Origin: an uncultured Bdellovibrionales bacterium | GTDB lineage: Bacteria > Bdellovibrionota_C > UBA2361 > OMII01 | Direction: 5' to 3' | Assembly (NCBI GenBank): GCA_964654585.1 | Contig: CAZZJR010000003.1 | Coordinates: 4,850 to 68,849 of the forward strand | Length of the DNA stretch: 64,000 nucleotides | Part shown: positions 10,426 to 20,067 of the stretch, in pieces | Position numbering within the stretch: position 1 is the stretch's first letter | Layout: each line of letters starts with the position of its first letter | Notes under the pieces: model-generated | What the model was told of the DNA's origin: nothing | The model's input: the letters and a program-made list of their open reading frames with translations, nothing else | Database searches by the model: none | Position numbers and translations under genes: made by a program

Positions 10426-10856
10426 CGCCGCAACTCCTCAACGAGCGAGCCTGAGATCTCAGCGCTTCGTATTCCAGCTTCGCCTACCGCTATAACAATC
10501 GTAAGGTCAACGCCGACTGCCGCCTCGGGACACCTGCTCGCCCATTCGATCACCCGCACCACAGCGCGCGCCGGAGGCTCAAGCACCTCTGCCGGGGCGC
10601 TCGAAAGCCGGTACAGGTCCCAGTGCTCGACTGCCAGTCCTTGCCGCACGACGTAGTCGTGCTCAAGCGCGAATGTCGGCGAGGAAACATCTTCGCTCCG
10701 TCCCCCAAGGGCTGCCACCAAATAACGCACGAGCGTTGTCTTTCCTGCTCCGAGATCCCCCTCAAGCGCCACAGTCTTCCCAGCAAGGGGGAGCCTAGCT
10801 ATCTCTTGGGCTAGCTTCGCAGTGTCAGCCTCGCTCAGCAGAATCCGACGAATCAT
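10422..10856 (-). CDS. tsaE: tRNA t6A biosynthesis protein TsaE (YjeE P-loop ATPase)
   Basis: 144 aa with Walker A GDLGAGKTTLVR and the YjeE family layout. 4-nt overlap with lysC. Confidence 0.8.
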   Translation of the reverse strand: MIRRILLSEADTAKLAQEIARLPLAGKTVALEGDLGAGKTTLVRYLVAALGGRSEDVSSPTFALEHDYVVRQGLAVEHWDLYRLSSAPAEVLEPPARAVVRVIEWASRCPEAAVGVDLTIVIAVGEAGIRSAEISGSLVEELRR

Positions 10857-12472
10857 CTGTCGAGCGCTCCAATCACAGCCGACGTAGCACGGGCAATCTC
10901 TGTGGCAAGCACTGGCCCGCCACTCTCAGCCGCTGCACGCTCTCCCGCACAGGCGTGTACGTAAGCAGCGACCGCCGCAGCATCGTAGAGCGAATCTGCA
11001 CGTGCCGTGCACGCAGCAACAACTCCGGATAGGACATCCCCGCTACCCGCAGTCGCCATGTACGGCGATCCTCGAGCCACTACGCCGCATCTCCCCTCAC
11101 CGCACACAATCGTGCCCGCACCTTTGAGCACGACCACACACCCAAGCCGTTCGGCCAAGGCCTGCGCCGCCGCAAATCGATCGGCCTGAAGCTCCTCAAC
11201 ACTGGCCCCCAGCAGTCGCGCCGCTTCCCCCGGATGTGGGGTGGCGATGGCTCGAACGGCACTAAGCGTTGCCCCCGTTTGTGCAACAGCATTGAGCGCA
11301 TCTGCGTCGACGACTACCCTCACACGCGTGGAAGAAAGCTCTGCAAGGAGCCGCTCGACAAGAGCCACAGTCTCTGGAGCGACGCCAAGACCTGGGCCAA
11401 GAACCACACAATCTGCCCGCGTTGCAAGACCTGCGAGCAGGGGAAGATCGGACGCCTCGAGGAACGGAGACTCCCCTGGCAGCAGCGCATTCATGCACTC
11501 AGGAATCGCAGCCGACGAACCCCACGCCGTCCGCCACGAGCGGGTTACCAGACCGGCTCCGGCGTGCAGCGCTCCAGTGGCTGCCAACAGAGGCGCGCCC
11601 GGCATCGCAGCGCACCCCCCCACAACGACGATCCTGCCCGACTGGCCTTTGTGCCCATCCACCAGACGACGAGCGATGCGCGGACGTGCGGCTCCCTCAA
11701 TCGCGGTCGCAAGAGTGCCACCCACGCCGGCAATCCCGATCGATGCGGCGACTATCTCCCCGCACGCGGCTCGCCCAGGGAATTGCATGCAACCTCTCTT
11801 AATGAGCTCAAGAGCAACCGTTACGTCCGCCCGCACGTGCAGCTCAGCTAGCGCGCCTGTGTCCGCGCATACCCCCGTTGGAAGATCCACAGCGAGAACC
11901 TTTAGGGCCGGACGGCTTATCTGCTCACTGCGAAGCTGTGCAACGAGGGACGCGACCGAGCCGCCGAGCGGAAGTCGCTGCCCAGTGCCTAGCAGCGCAT
12001 CAACCACAACAGCCGCCGACGCAAAGACCTCCCGCTCCCGTTTTGGATCGGCAACCTCAACACAGCGCCCGATTTCAGCCAGCGCCAGCGGCACGCTGCC
12101 AGCGGACAGGGCATCTCCATACAGTTTTAGCTGTTCAACGAAATCACGGGAATAGCGGTCAGCGTGAGCCACAAGAGCCGTCACCGCTACTCCGCGCTGC
12201 GCCAAAAGCCGCGCGGCAACCAATCCATCCCCACCGTTATTCCCAGAGCCACAGAGCACGAGTACTCGACCGTGGCTCCCTCCGAGGAGAGCCTGAACGC
12301 TCCCAGCTACCGCAGACCCAGCTCGCTCCATGAGTTCGAGCGCTGGCGTCCCGGATTGAATTGCACGAGAGTCGAGAGAGGCCATCTCGGTGCTAGACGG
12401 GAGACGCCATGCTCCCGGCTCATTAGAAGGCACAGAGAATGGAGCAAAGCTCCCGGCTTGCACTCGGCTCAC
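10853..12472 (-). CDS. nnr: Bifunctional NAD(P)H-hydrate repair enzyme Nnr (YjeF-N epimerase plus C-terminal dehydratase)
   Basis: 539 aa. YjeF_N motif CGSGNNGGDGLV and a C-terminal carbohydrate-kinase-like domain with GPGLG. Overlaps tsaE by 4 nt. Confidence 0.85.
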   Translation of the reverse strand: MSRVQAGSFAPFSVPSNEPGAWRLPSSTEMASLDSRAIQSGTPALELMERAGSAVAGSVQALLGGSHGRVLVLCGSGNNGGDGLVAARLLAQRGVAVTALVAHADRYSRDFVEQLKLYGDALSAGSVPLALAEIGRCVEVADPKREREVFASAAVVVDALLGTGQRLPLGGSVASLVAQLRSEQISRPALKVLAVDLPTGVCADTGALAELHVRADVTVALELIKRGCMQFPGRAACGEIVAASIGIAGVGGTLATAIEGAARPRIARRLVDGHKGQSGRIVVVGGCAAMPGAPLLAATGALHAGAGLVTRSWRTAWGSSAAIPECMNALLPGESPFLEASDLPLLAGLATRADCVVLGPGLGVAPETVALVERLLAELSSTRVRVVVDADALNAVAQTGATLSAVRAIATPHPGEAARLLGASVEELQADRFAAAQALAERLGCVVVLKGAGTIVCGEGRCGVVARGSPYMATAGSGDVLSGVVAACTARADSLYDAAAVAAYVHACAGERAAAESGGPVLATEIARATSAVIGALDR

Positions 12473-13833
12473 ACGGCACCGATCTCTTTCTCAAGGATAG
12501 CAGCCAGGTCAGTCGCATGTTTCTTGCACGACTCCTCGTCCTCGCACTCGACCATGACTCGGACCTTGTTCTCGGTTCCCGAGTACCTGACAAGGATGCG
12601 ACCAGAAGCGCCGAGCTCCTTCTCTTTCTGAGAAATAGCCGCGGCAAGCGGGGCTATCTGTTCTAGCGGTGGCTTACTCGCCACTTTGATGTTGATGAGC
12701 TTCTGGGGAAACGTGACGAATGGCGCCGCAAGCTCCGAAAGCGGCTTCTGCTTGCGGCACATGACCGATAGCACCATAAGCGCCGTGAGCATGCCGTCAC
12801 CCGTCGTCGAGACGTCCGAAAATATAGTGTGGCCAGACTGCTCGCCGCCCAGCTGGCAGCCCTGGCGTATCATCTCTTCAAGCACAGCCCGGTCACCGAC
12901 ATTTGCACGAACCACCCCAATGTCGTGCACGTTGAGCAACTTCTCGAGACCGAGATTGGACATCACGGTTGCCACAACAGCATTTTTGCGGAGTAGTCCC
13001 CTCTCTTTCAGGTCAAGAGCGCAGATCGCCAAGACGACATCACCATCGAGAACGCGCCCCTTTTCATCCACCAGGATACACCGGTCGGCATCTCCATCGA
13101 GCGAGATTCCGACATTCAAATTCTGCTCAACGACCAGCTTCCCGACTACCTCTGGATAGAGGCTGCCGAATCCCGCGTTGATGTTTCGCCCGCTCGGGCT
13201 GACGCCGCGCGAGACAACTTCCGCCCCCAGCTCTGAGAGAGTCTGTGGAGCGACTACGTATGCAGCGCCGTTGGCGCAGTCCAGGCCCACCTTGATCCCC
13301 TCGAGCGAGAGCTCGCGCGGAAAGCTCTCCTTGAGGTAGACGGTGTAGCGACCGACCGCATCGTTAATCCGAGTGGCTTTGCCGATGTGACCTGCATCCG
13401 TCACCTTTCCGTCGAGCACACCGGGCTCAAGCAGTCGCTCGATCTCATTCTCAATCTCGTCAGGAAGCTTAAAGCCGTCTGACCCAAATATCTTAATACC
13501 ATTGTCCTCGAAAGGGTTGTGTGATGCGGAGATGACGATCCCTGCATCAGCACGCATGCTCTTGGCGAGATACGCCACGCCAGGTGTCGGAATTGGACCA
13601 CTCAGCATCAGGTCTGCCCCCATCGCTGTGATACCGGCTGCCAGCGAGCTCTCAATCATGTAGCCGGACAGGCGGGTATCCTTGCCAATGAGGATGCGGC
13701 GCTTCTTGTCGCCCTTCATGAACACCTGGGCTACCGCCTTTCCGAGCCTCACCAACGTTTCTGGGTCGAGTGGAGAGACCCCCGCAACGCCCCGAATACC
13801 GTCCGTGCCAAAGTGTTTTCTCTCTGTTGTCAT
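12469..13833 (-). CDS. glmM: Phosphoglucosamine mutase
   Basis: HFGTDGIRG N-terminal motif and phosphoserine loop SASHNP. The ORF-track start at 13905 adds 24 residues. The internal ATG at 13833 (MTTERKHFGTDGIRG) is preceded by GGAAGG and is the likely start. Confidence 0.9.
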   Translation of the reverse strand: MTTERKHFGTDGIRGVAGVSPLDPETLVRLGKAVAQVFMKGDKKRRILIGKDTRLSGYMIESSLAAGITAMGADLMLSGPIPTPGVAYLAKSMRADAGIVISASHNPFEDNGIKIFGSDGFKLPDEIENEIERLLEPGVLDGKVTDAGHIGKATRINDAVGRYTVYLKESFPRELSLEGIKVGLDCANGAAYVVAPQTLSELGAEVVSRGVSPSGRNINAGFGSLYPEVVGKLVVEQNLNVGISLDGDADRCILVDEKGRVLDGDVVLAICALDLKERGLLRKNAVVATVMSNLGLEKLLNVHDIGVVRANVGDRAVLEEMIRQGCQLGGEQSGHTIFSDVSTTGDGMLTALMVLSVMCRKQKPLSELAAPFVTFPQKLINIKVASKPPLEQIAPLAAAISQKEKELGASGRILVRYSGTENKVRVMVECEDEESCKKHATDLAAILEKEIGAV

Positions 13834-13850
13834 ACCTTCCTCGCTACAAA

Positions 13851-14795
13851 CTAACGCTTTTTTACCTGGCCCGATGGGGCGCCTTTCGACGGCCCGTGGT
13901 ACCATGCCGTCACGCTCGACGGCGTAACCTTAACCACCTTAACGCCCTTTGGCGCGTCAACTTCGACTTCGTAAAATTCCCCCTCTCGTGAGGGCTGGCC
14001 CTTCGGCTTGACGAACGGTAGCACCTCATCAGGCTCAATCTCAGCCAGAGCCGTCGGCTCGCCTGAGAGCACTACTGTGACCGCAGCGGGATTGAGCTTA
14101 ACCCACTTCGAGTCACCCGAGAGCCGAAGCTCGACAGGGCGCGCGACAAACTGCCGCTCCACGGGTCTCTTCTCAACACGAACGCGGGCACTCACTGCCT
14201 CAACTGAAACGGAAGAGAGTGCTCCGGGCTTTCTGAGGCGGAGCGAAACTGTCTCTGATGCCTTTATCTCTCGCAAGTCGAGCGGCTCCGTCGCTATCGA
14301 ACGGAGCTGCCGTACCTCGGAGAGCGGCCCCTTGACGGTTACCGCTGGTGGGTCGAGCTCAATCTCGCCCAACACAAGATCTTTCGCGAGCAGCCCGAGC
14401 TGCGGCACCTCTACTCGCACGTCGCGTTCCTCAATGCTCTCAAAGATAAGCTCGACCTCGGGGGGATCGAGCGTCAGCACACTCACAGACGGCGGCAGAG
14501 ATATATCACTCGCCATCAGCTGTGCTGTGTACTTTCCGCCGACCCCATCCGGAAGCTTTAGCCGCAGCGGCGGCGGCGATGCGGCAACTTCCCCTATCAG
14601 AAACGATGGCCCTTTAATCGTTATCTGTACCCCCTGCTTCATCCGCTTGACGAGCGCCTTGTCTGCAGGAGGGTTGCGCAGCTCAATCGGAACAAAGAGG
14701 CTCACGACACTAGCATTGCTCGCATCCTGCAGCGCAAATGCCAGCAGGGTCGCTGCAATCACCGACACCAGCTTGAGGGTCAGGTTCTTCGTCAC
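13851..14795 (-). CDS. cdaR: CdaR (YbbR-domain regulator of diadenylate cyclase)
   Basis: 314 aa. N-terminal TM anchor followed by repeated beta-rich YbbR-like segments. Positioned between cdaA and glmM as in the conserved cdaA-cdaR-glmM operon. Confidence 0.75.
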   Translation of the reverse strand: MTKNLTLKLVSVIAATLLAFALQDASNASVVSLFVPIELRNPPADKALVKRMKQGVQITIKGPSFLIGEVAASPPPLRLKLPDGVGGKYTAQLMASDISLPPSVSVLTLDPPEVELIFESIEERDVRVEVPQLGLLAKDLVLGEIELDPPAVTVKGPLSEVRQLRSIATEPLDLREIKASETVSLRLRKPGALSSVSVEAVSARVRVEKRPVERQFVARPVELRLSGDSKWVKLNPAAVTVVLSGEPTALAEIEPDEVLPFVKPKGQPSREGEFYEVEVDAPKGVKVVKVTPSSVTAWYHGPSKGAPSGQVKKR

Positions 14796-15607
14796 GAAGC
14801 CTCCTGGCCAGAGAAAAAGTTGCTCCGCTTCGCCACCGGCGCTTGTCGATTGCTGTTGCGCTCAAGCAGCTCTTGAAGCGAGGCTGCATCGAGGTTGCGG
14901 TAGAATCGACCTTCGATAATCAGCGTAATCGAGCCTGTCTCCTCTGAAACGACGATTACCATCGCATCGCTGCGCTCGGTCAGGCCCAACGCCGCACGAT
15001 GTCGGGTGCCGAGGCTCGGATCGAGGTCTGGGTTGAAGCTAAGAGGCAGGACACACCCCGCTGCTTTAATGCGATGCCCGTCGATCAGCACCGCACCGTC
15101 GTGAAGGGGGGATTCCTTGACAAAAATGCTGTACAGGAGCTTGCGGCTTAGCTCAGCATTCAGCACCACTCCCTCCTCCATGAACTCGTCGAGCCCGAGA
15201 TCACGCCGAATGACTATCAGGCTGCCGAGCTTCGCTTTCGCCAGCTTGCTCGCTGTCACCGCGATCTCTGCAAACGCGTTGCCCCGCTCCTGGCGCTGCG
15301 GCTGCGCGAAGAGAAAAGGCCGGACTCCAACTTTGGTAAGCGTTCTCCGGATTTCGTCCTGAAAAATGACAACGATGACTAAGATAATAGAGTTGAGAAA
15401 ATTGTCGATGAGCCACGCGACCGTTACGAGTCCGAGAGGCTTCGCCAGCACGTACACGAGCGCGATGCTCGCTAGCCCCACCAACATCGGCGCAGCCCGG
15501 GTGCCGCGCACAACAAGCAGCACCCGGTATATGATGACCGACACCAGCAGGATGTCCAGCAGCTGGACCAGCAGGGACACCGATACGCCGAACAGTTCAT
15601 GCCTCAT
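14792..15607 (-). CDS. cdaA: Diadenylate cyclase CdaA (c-di-AMP synthase)
   Basis: 271 aa. Three N-terminal TM helices then a DAC domain with the motifs DGAVLI, HRAALGLTE and DAMVIVVSEETG (DGA/RHR signatures). Confidence 0.85.
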   Translation of the reverse strand: MRHELFGVSVSLLVQLLDILLVSVIIYRVLLVVRGTRAAPMLVGLASIALVYVLAKPLGLVTVAWLIDNFLNSIILVIVVIFQDEIRRTLTKVGVRPFLFAQPQRQERGNAFAEIAVTASKLAKAKLGSLIVIRRDLGLDEFMEEGVVLNAELSRKLLYSIFVKESPLHDGAVLIDGHRIKAAGCVLPLSFNPDLDPSLGTRHRAALGLTERSDAMVIVVSEETGSITLIIEGRFYRNLDAASLQELLERNSNRQAPVAKRSNFFSGQEAS

Positions 15608-15648
15608 ACGCCGCTACTGGCCAAACCTGTGCGGTGAAACTACGCCAA

Positions 15649-17532
15649 CTACGCCGCTACCGAAACGCCGCCGCTGGATTCCCCCGGGCCAGCGGGTCCG
15701 CCTTGCGGCCCCGGCGACAGTGTTTCTCCGCGCACGATGCGCTCGATATCGTCCGAATCGAGCGTCTCTTTCTCCATAACCGCCTTAGCGAGCCTGTGGA
15801 GCACATCGAGATTCTCGCCGACGATCTTCTTGGCAACTTCATACTGGGACTCCAGGATCCGCTTCACCTCCTGGTCGATCTCAAGCTGCACCGCTTCTGA
15901 GTGCTCGCGAGGCTTTCCGATCTCTCTGCCGAGGAACACGTGCTCCTCTTTTGTGTTGTAGTGAATAGGCCCGAGCGCCGTGCTCATGCCCCACTCACAC
16001 ACCATTCGGCGCGCGATCTCTGTTGCGCGCTGGATATCAGAGCTCGCCCCAGTGTTCATCTCTTGAAACACCGCCTCCTCGGCGACTCTGCCGCCGAAGA
16101 ACACCGCGAGCTGGTCCATCCAGTACGAGCGCGAGTAGGTATGCTTGTCGGTCTCAGGAAGCTGTTGCATCAACCCGAGCGCCATGCCGCGCGGCACGAT
16201 CGTCAGCTTGTGCACAGGATCAGCATTCGAGAGCTTCTTCGCCACCAAGGCATGACCCGATTCGTGGTATGCAGTGGTAAGCTTCTCCTTCTCGGAGAGC
16301 AGCATCGAACGGCGCTCGGCGCCCATCATGACTTTGTCTTTGGCGTACTCGAAATCGCTCTTCTCGACGACCGACTTGTTCTTGCGCGCCGCGTAGAGCG
16401 CCGCCTCGTTGACGAGAATCTCAAGGTCCGCGCCGGAGAAGCCAGGCGTACCGCGCGCGATTGTCGTGAGATCCACATCCGGCGCTACTGGAACCTTCTT
16501 GGTGTGAACCTTGAGGATTCCGAGCCGTCCGTTTAGGTCAGGTCGTGACACAACCACCCGCCTATCGAAACGTCCTGGGCGCAAAAGCGCAGGGTCAAGA
16601 ACGTCTGGACGATTCGTCGCTGCGATGAGAATCACGCCCTCGTTGCTCTCAAAGCCATCCATCTCGACAAGTAGCTGGTTAAGCGTCTGCTCTCGCTCGT
16701 CATGCCCGCCGCCCATTCCGGCACCACGGTGGCGTCCGACGGCATCAATTTCATCGATAAAGATTATGCACGGTGCATTCTTCTTTCCTTGAATGAAGAG
16801 GTCTCGCACTCGCGAGGCGCCTACGCCCACGAACATCTCAACGAAATCTGAGCCCGAGATGCTGAAGAACGGAACACCAGCTTCGCCCGCGATGGCTTTC
16901 GCTAGCAACGTTTTACCGGTGCCGGGAGAACCGATCAGGAGCACCCCCTTCGGGATTCGACCACCGAGACGCGTAAACTTCTTGGGGTCCTTGAGAAAAT
17001 CGATAATCTCCTCAAGCTCGGCACGGGCCTCATCGATCCCCGCCACGTCGGCAAAGGTTACTTTTTGTTGGCTCTCCGTCAGCAGCTTGGCGCGGGACTT
17101 CCCGAAGCTCATCCCCTTGCCGGCGCCCATCTGGACCTGTCGCCAGAAAAAGAACCACACTCCTATCAGGAGCAGCACGGGCAGGATGTTTATCAGGAAC
17201 ACCAGGTACGAAGACTGATCGGGCGGCTCCTGCACGTTTACGATAACATTCTTTTCGATCAGCTTCGGAACGAGCGTGTCGTCTTTCGGGACACGCACAA
17301 CAAATGCGCCACCTTTCGGAGAAGAGGCGTTCGAAGGATCGCTGTACACGCCGTGCACGAGGTCTCCCTCAATCCGCACCTCGCGGATCTCCCCCTTTTC
17401 GACCCTTGAGAGAAAGTCGCTGTACGCAAACTCCGACGGCTGCGGGATGTTCTTCTTCGCAACGCTCCAGATGCTGAGGCTAAGGGCAATAATGAGGATC
17501 CAAAACAGACCGTTTTTTGACACGTGACGCAC
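15649..17532 (-). CDS. ftsH: ATP-dependent zinc metalloprotease FtsH
   Basis: 627 aa. AAA Walker A GPPGTGKT-like [16 protein letters not shown] region, and zinc site HESGHALV. Confidence 0.95.
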   Translation of the reverse strand: MRHVSKNGLFWILIIALSLSIWSVAKKNIPQPSEFAYSDFLSRVEKGEIREVRIEGDLVHGVYSDPSNASSPKGGAFVVRVPKDDTLVPKLIEKNVIVNVQEPPDQSSYLVFLINILPVLLLIGVWFFFWRQVQMGAGKGMSFGKSRAKLLTESQQKVTFADVAGIDEARAELEEIIDFLKDPKKFTRLGGRIPKGVLLIGSPGTGKTLLAKAIAGEAGVPFFSISGSDFVEMFVGVGASRVRDLFIQGKKNAPCIIFIDEIDAVGRHRGAGMGGGHDEREQTLNQLLVEMDGFESNEGVILIAATNRPDVLDPALLRPGRFDRRVVVSRPDLNGRLGILKVHTKKVPVAPDVDLTTIARGTPGFSGADLEILVNEAALYAARKNKSVVEKSDFEYAKDKVMMGAERRSMLLSEKEKLTTAYHESGHALVAKKLSNADPVHKLTIVPRGMALGLMQQLPETDKHTYSRSYWMDQLAVFFGGRVAEEAVFQEMNTGASSDIQRATEIARRMVCEWGMSTALGPIHYNTKEEHVFLGREIGKPREHSEAVQLEIDQEVKRILESQYEVAKKIVGENLDVLHRLAKAVMEKETLDSDDIERIVRGETLSPGPQGGPAGPGESSGGVSVAA

Positions 17533-17775
17533 TCTCCGAGCACTCCGGCGTGAGCAGCAGCCACAAACCGAAGCTAGTTATCGTTGAGCCGAGCCGACGC
17601 CGGGTCTCAAGCCCCGCGACAACAACGGCCTACGGACCTCCTTACCCCCGCCACCAGCTCTCGGCTCAGCGAAGGTCTCAAGACCCGTTTTGGGCGCTCT
17701 TTCTTCGGAATAAATTCAAAAGAAACGGCTACCTAGACTCTACTCTGTACACCAGACGTAGCCATCCTACAACCT

Positions 17776-18762
17776 TCAGCTTTTGATCACCTGGGGCGGC
17801 AACACCCGCAGCCCAAAGCGATCCCTAAGCACCTCAATTCCCTCTTTGAGTTGAAGGGAGTCTACCTCGCCCCGAAGCAGCTTCAGCGCCTCATGGGCCC
17901 CCTTCTCGCCGATCTCATATCCCAGTACGGGGCGGAAAAGCCTCTGCGACACCCGCCAGGCGAGTGCCTCGGGTAGAGTTCTGAGTCGATCAGCGCAACG
18001 AGCCAGCCAAGCTGGGTCCGCTTCGGCCAGGGTACCTACCAACTGAGCCTCCCTCTCTGCCCATGCGTCGAGGGCCTCGCAGTCCGCTCCGATGGAGCGG
18101 GCTCGGTCCGCCAAGATCCAGACCGCTGACGGATCGAACTCGCGCTCCAGACTTGGGAGAAGCGAGTGACGCACTCTGTTTCGCACGAGGCGAATGTCAT
18201 CATTGCTCGGGTCATCGATATACGGCACCGCAAAGCGCGAGGCGTATTCATTGATCTGCTCCCGAGAGATATCGAGAAAGGGGCGAAGACATCGGCGACG
18301 CTCGTCGCGCCGCTCGATCGTTGTCAGCTCCTTGTTAGCCAAGAGTTTGATGAGTAGCGTCTCAGCAACGTCGTTCGCATTGTGCGCAGTTACCACCCAA
18401 TCAAGATCGCGAGCGACGAGGGCCTCGCGCAAAAGCCGGTAGCGTTGCTGACGAGCCCAGGCTTCCATGTTAGCCGAAACCGGCTTCGCTCCAAGCCGCT
18501 CAACGAGACAGGGCACTCCCCACTCATGACAACGCTCCTCCACAAAGCGAGCATCATCGACACTAGAGGGGCGCAGTCCGTGGTCTACGTGCAGCGCCTC
18601 AACCCGTACCTTGAGCAGCCCCCGAGAGCGCAGCAATGCGTCAAAGAGCACCATAGAATCGCGGCCGCCGGAAAGCGCCACAAGGACACCTGTTCCTGAC
18701 GGAACCTCCTGCTTGAGAGCGGTTTCTATGGAGCGACGACGACGAGCCATACCGACAGGCAA
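17776..18762 (-). CDS. tilS: tRNA(Ile)-lysidine synthetase
   Basis: PP-loop VLVALSGGRDSMVL near the N-terminus, 328 aa. Lies upstream of ftsH, a common tilS-ftsH linkage. Confidence 0.85.
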   Translation of the reverse strand: MPVGMARRRRSIETALKQEVPSGTGVLVALSGGRDSMVLFDALLRSRGLLKVRVEALHVDHGLRPSSVDDARFVEERCHEWGVPCLVERLGAKPVSANMEAWARQQRYRLLREALVARDLDWVVTAHNANDVAETLLIKLLANKELTTIERRDERRRCLRPFLDISREQINEYASRFAVPYIDDPSNDDIRLVRNRVRHSLLPSLEREFDPSAVWILADRARSIGADCEALDAWAEREAQLVGTLAEADPAWLARCADRLRTLPEALAWRVSQRLFRPVLGYEIGEKGAHEALKLLRGEVDSLQLKEGIEVLRDRFGLRVLPPQVIKS

Positions 18763-18780
18763 TTACGGGAATTCGCGCCA

Positions 18781-19308
18781 CTACTCAGCGCGAATACTTA
18801 CCTTTCGCACTCCGCTGGCGGAGGACGCACGGAGGGGAAGGCTGATGGTGACAACTCCCTTACTCGACGTTGCCTCGACTCGATCTTCATCAACACTGAG
18901 TCCCGACAGCGGAACGATCCTCTCGAAAGCGCCGTAGAGGCTCTCTACGTACTCCTCTTGCTCTCCGTCTGGCCCGGCGAGTTGAAAAACTGCCCGACGT
19001 TCACCGCGTATACTGAGACCCTCTGTTGTCAGCGAGATCTCGACATCTCGCTCATCCATCCCCGGAACCTCAACGCTCACGAGAAGCTGGTTGGCACTCT
19101 TGAGGACGTTTACCGCCGGCGAAAAGCCAGTGAGTCGATCGCCGAGAGATGAAAGAGGCTCCGAGATCAGCTCGGGCACGATCGAGCTGGTCAGGAACTC
19201 ATTGAACAGGCGGCCTACGTGGCGCTGAATCGCGCCACTGGCGGGATCCTGCCTCGCGAGAAGCACTTTCTTCTTTCTGCTTGACCAGGGTACGATGTTG
19301 CTCGCCAT
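18781..19308 (-). CDS. Hsp20/alpha-crystallin family small heat-shock protein
   Basis: Alpha-crystallin domain (AVNVLKSANQLLVSVEVPGMDERDVEISL...GVVTISLP). The ORF-track start at 19344 is upstream of a better start. ATG at 19308 is preceded by GGAGGCAG. Confidence 0.8.
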   Translation of the reverse strand: MASNIVPWSSRKKKVLLARQDPASGAIQRHVGRLFNEFLTSSIVPELISEPLSSLGDRLTGFSPAVNVLKSANQLLVSVEVPGMDERDVEISLTTEGLSIRGERRAVFQLAGPDGEQEEYVESLYGAFERIVPLSGLSVDEDRVEATSSKGVVTISLPLRASSASGVRKVSIRAE

Positions 19309-19367
19309 ACTGCCTCCCAACAGGGTTTGCGAGCACAGTAGCACACTACCGGCAGGCGGAAAGAACG

Positions 19368-19405
19368 AGTTGAGCGATAGGGACCGAGTTGAGCGATAGG
19401 GATAG
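19368..19405. repeat. Perfect tandem duplication of a 19-nt unit (cgagttgagcgataggga[c/t]) in the hsp20 upstream region
   Basis: Read directly: copy 1 at 19368-19386, copy 2 at 19387-19405. It lies 60-97 nt upstream of the hsp20 start codon, between the doxX stop and the hsp20 start. Confidence 0.8.
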
Positions 19406-19422
19406 CCACCCAGCGTGGAGAG

Positions 19423-19869
19423 CTACGCAGGCGACTGCTTGCCGATATTGTCGATGCTAAACGCGCCCGGACCGCTGTACAGGAGCGAACAGGCTGCAGC
19501 CAGAAGAATCAGGTCCTTATTGAAAATGTCGTGCGTCCCGGGAAACACCCCGAAGGCCAACACAAAGGAGAGTATCATAAGCCCCGCCAGCACCCCGCTT
19601 AGGGTGGTCCACATACCGATGATCAGCAGCGCGCCAACGGTCACCTCGACGTACGGCAGGAGGATGCCGTAGACGGCAGCTATGTTGCCCGGAAGGACAC
19701 CGAAAGAACGAACTTGGTCCACGAATGCCGCCAGCAGATTGAGCTTCCCCATGCCGGCCAGGATAAAGTACGCACCCAAAGCTAGCCGGATAATCATGGG
19801 CCCGTAGTGAGAGGCTCCCAGAGGCTGATTCATCTTCATAAAGCGGGCTCCCGTGCACCACCGATCCAA
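19423..19869 (-). CDS. DoxX-family membrane protein
   Basis: 148 aa with 4 predicted TM helices and DoxX-like composition. An alternative start (MKMNQ) is at 19839. Confidence 0.7.
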   Translation of the reverse strand: MDRWCTGARFMKMNQPLGASHYGPMIIRLALGAYFILAGMGKLNLLAAFVDQVRSFGVLPGNIAAVYGILLPYVEVTVGALLIIGMWTTLSGVLAGLMILSFVLAFGVFPGTHDIFNKDLILLAAACSLLYSGPGAFSIDNIGKQSPA

Positions 19870-20067
19870 AGAAATCGCCTTTTTAGCGATGACGAGACCG
19901 GCTACAATTTCAGGGTGGGCGACCCGAAGTAAGCCTTCATGGCGCCCAGCATAACGGCTTTCCAGAATAAATGTATTCCGAGATAGCCTCGGCTACAACC
20001 ACCTAATTATTCTCAAGTCGCCTCGGGCAGAAAGAAGCTCTGGGCGGCGAACCGGATGGAGTGACGT

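Noticed and set aside
11007-12333. Several plus-strand ORFs (11241..12155, 11234..11851, 11878..12333 etc.)
   Set aside because: All lie antisense to the well-supported nnr (YjeF) gene. They have R/P/S-rich low-complexity translations.
17533-17775. Possible tRNA or hpt gene between tilS and ftsH
   Set aside because: The 243-nt gap has no ORF and no tRNA-like acceptor or T-arm sequences that I can see. It contains only short palindromes (ggtctcaagacc).
19368-19405. Possible CRISPR-like repeat
   Set aside because: There are only two directly adjacent copies with no spacer, and no cas genes in the window. It is called a tandem duplication, not a CRISPR array.
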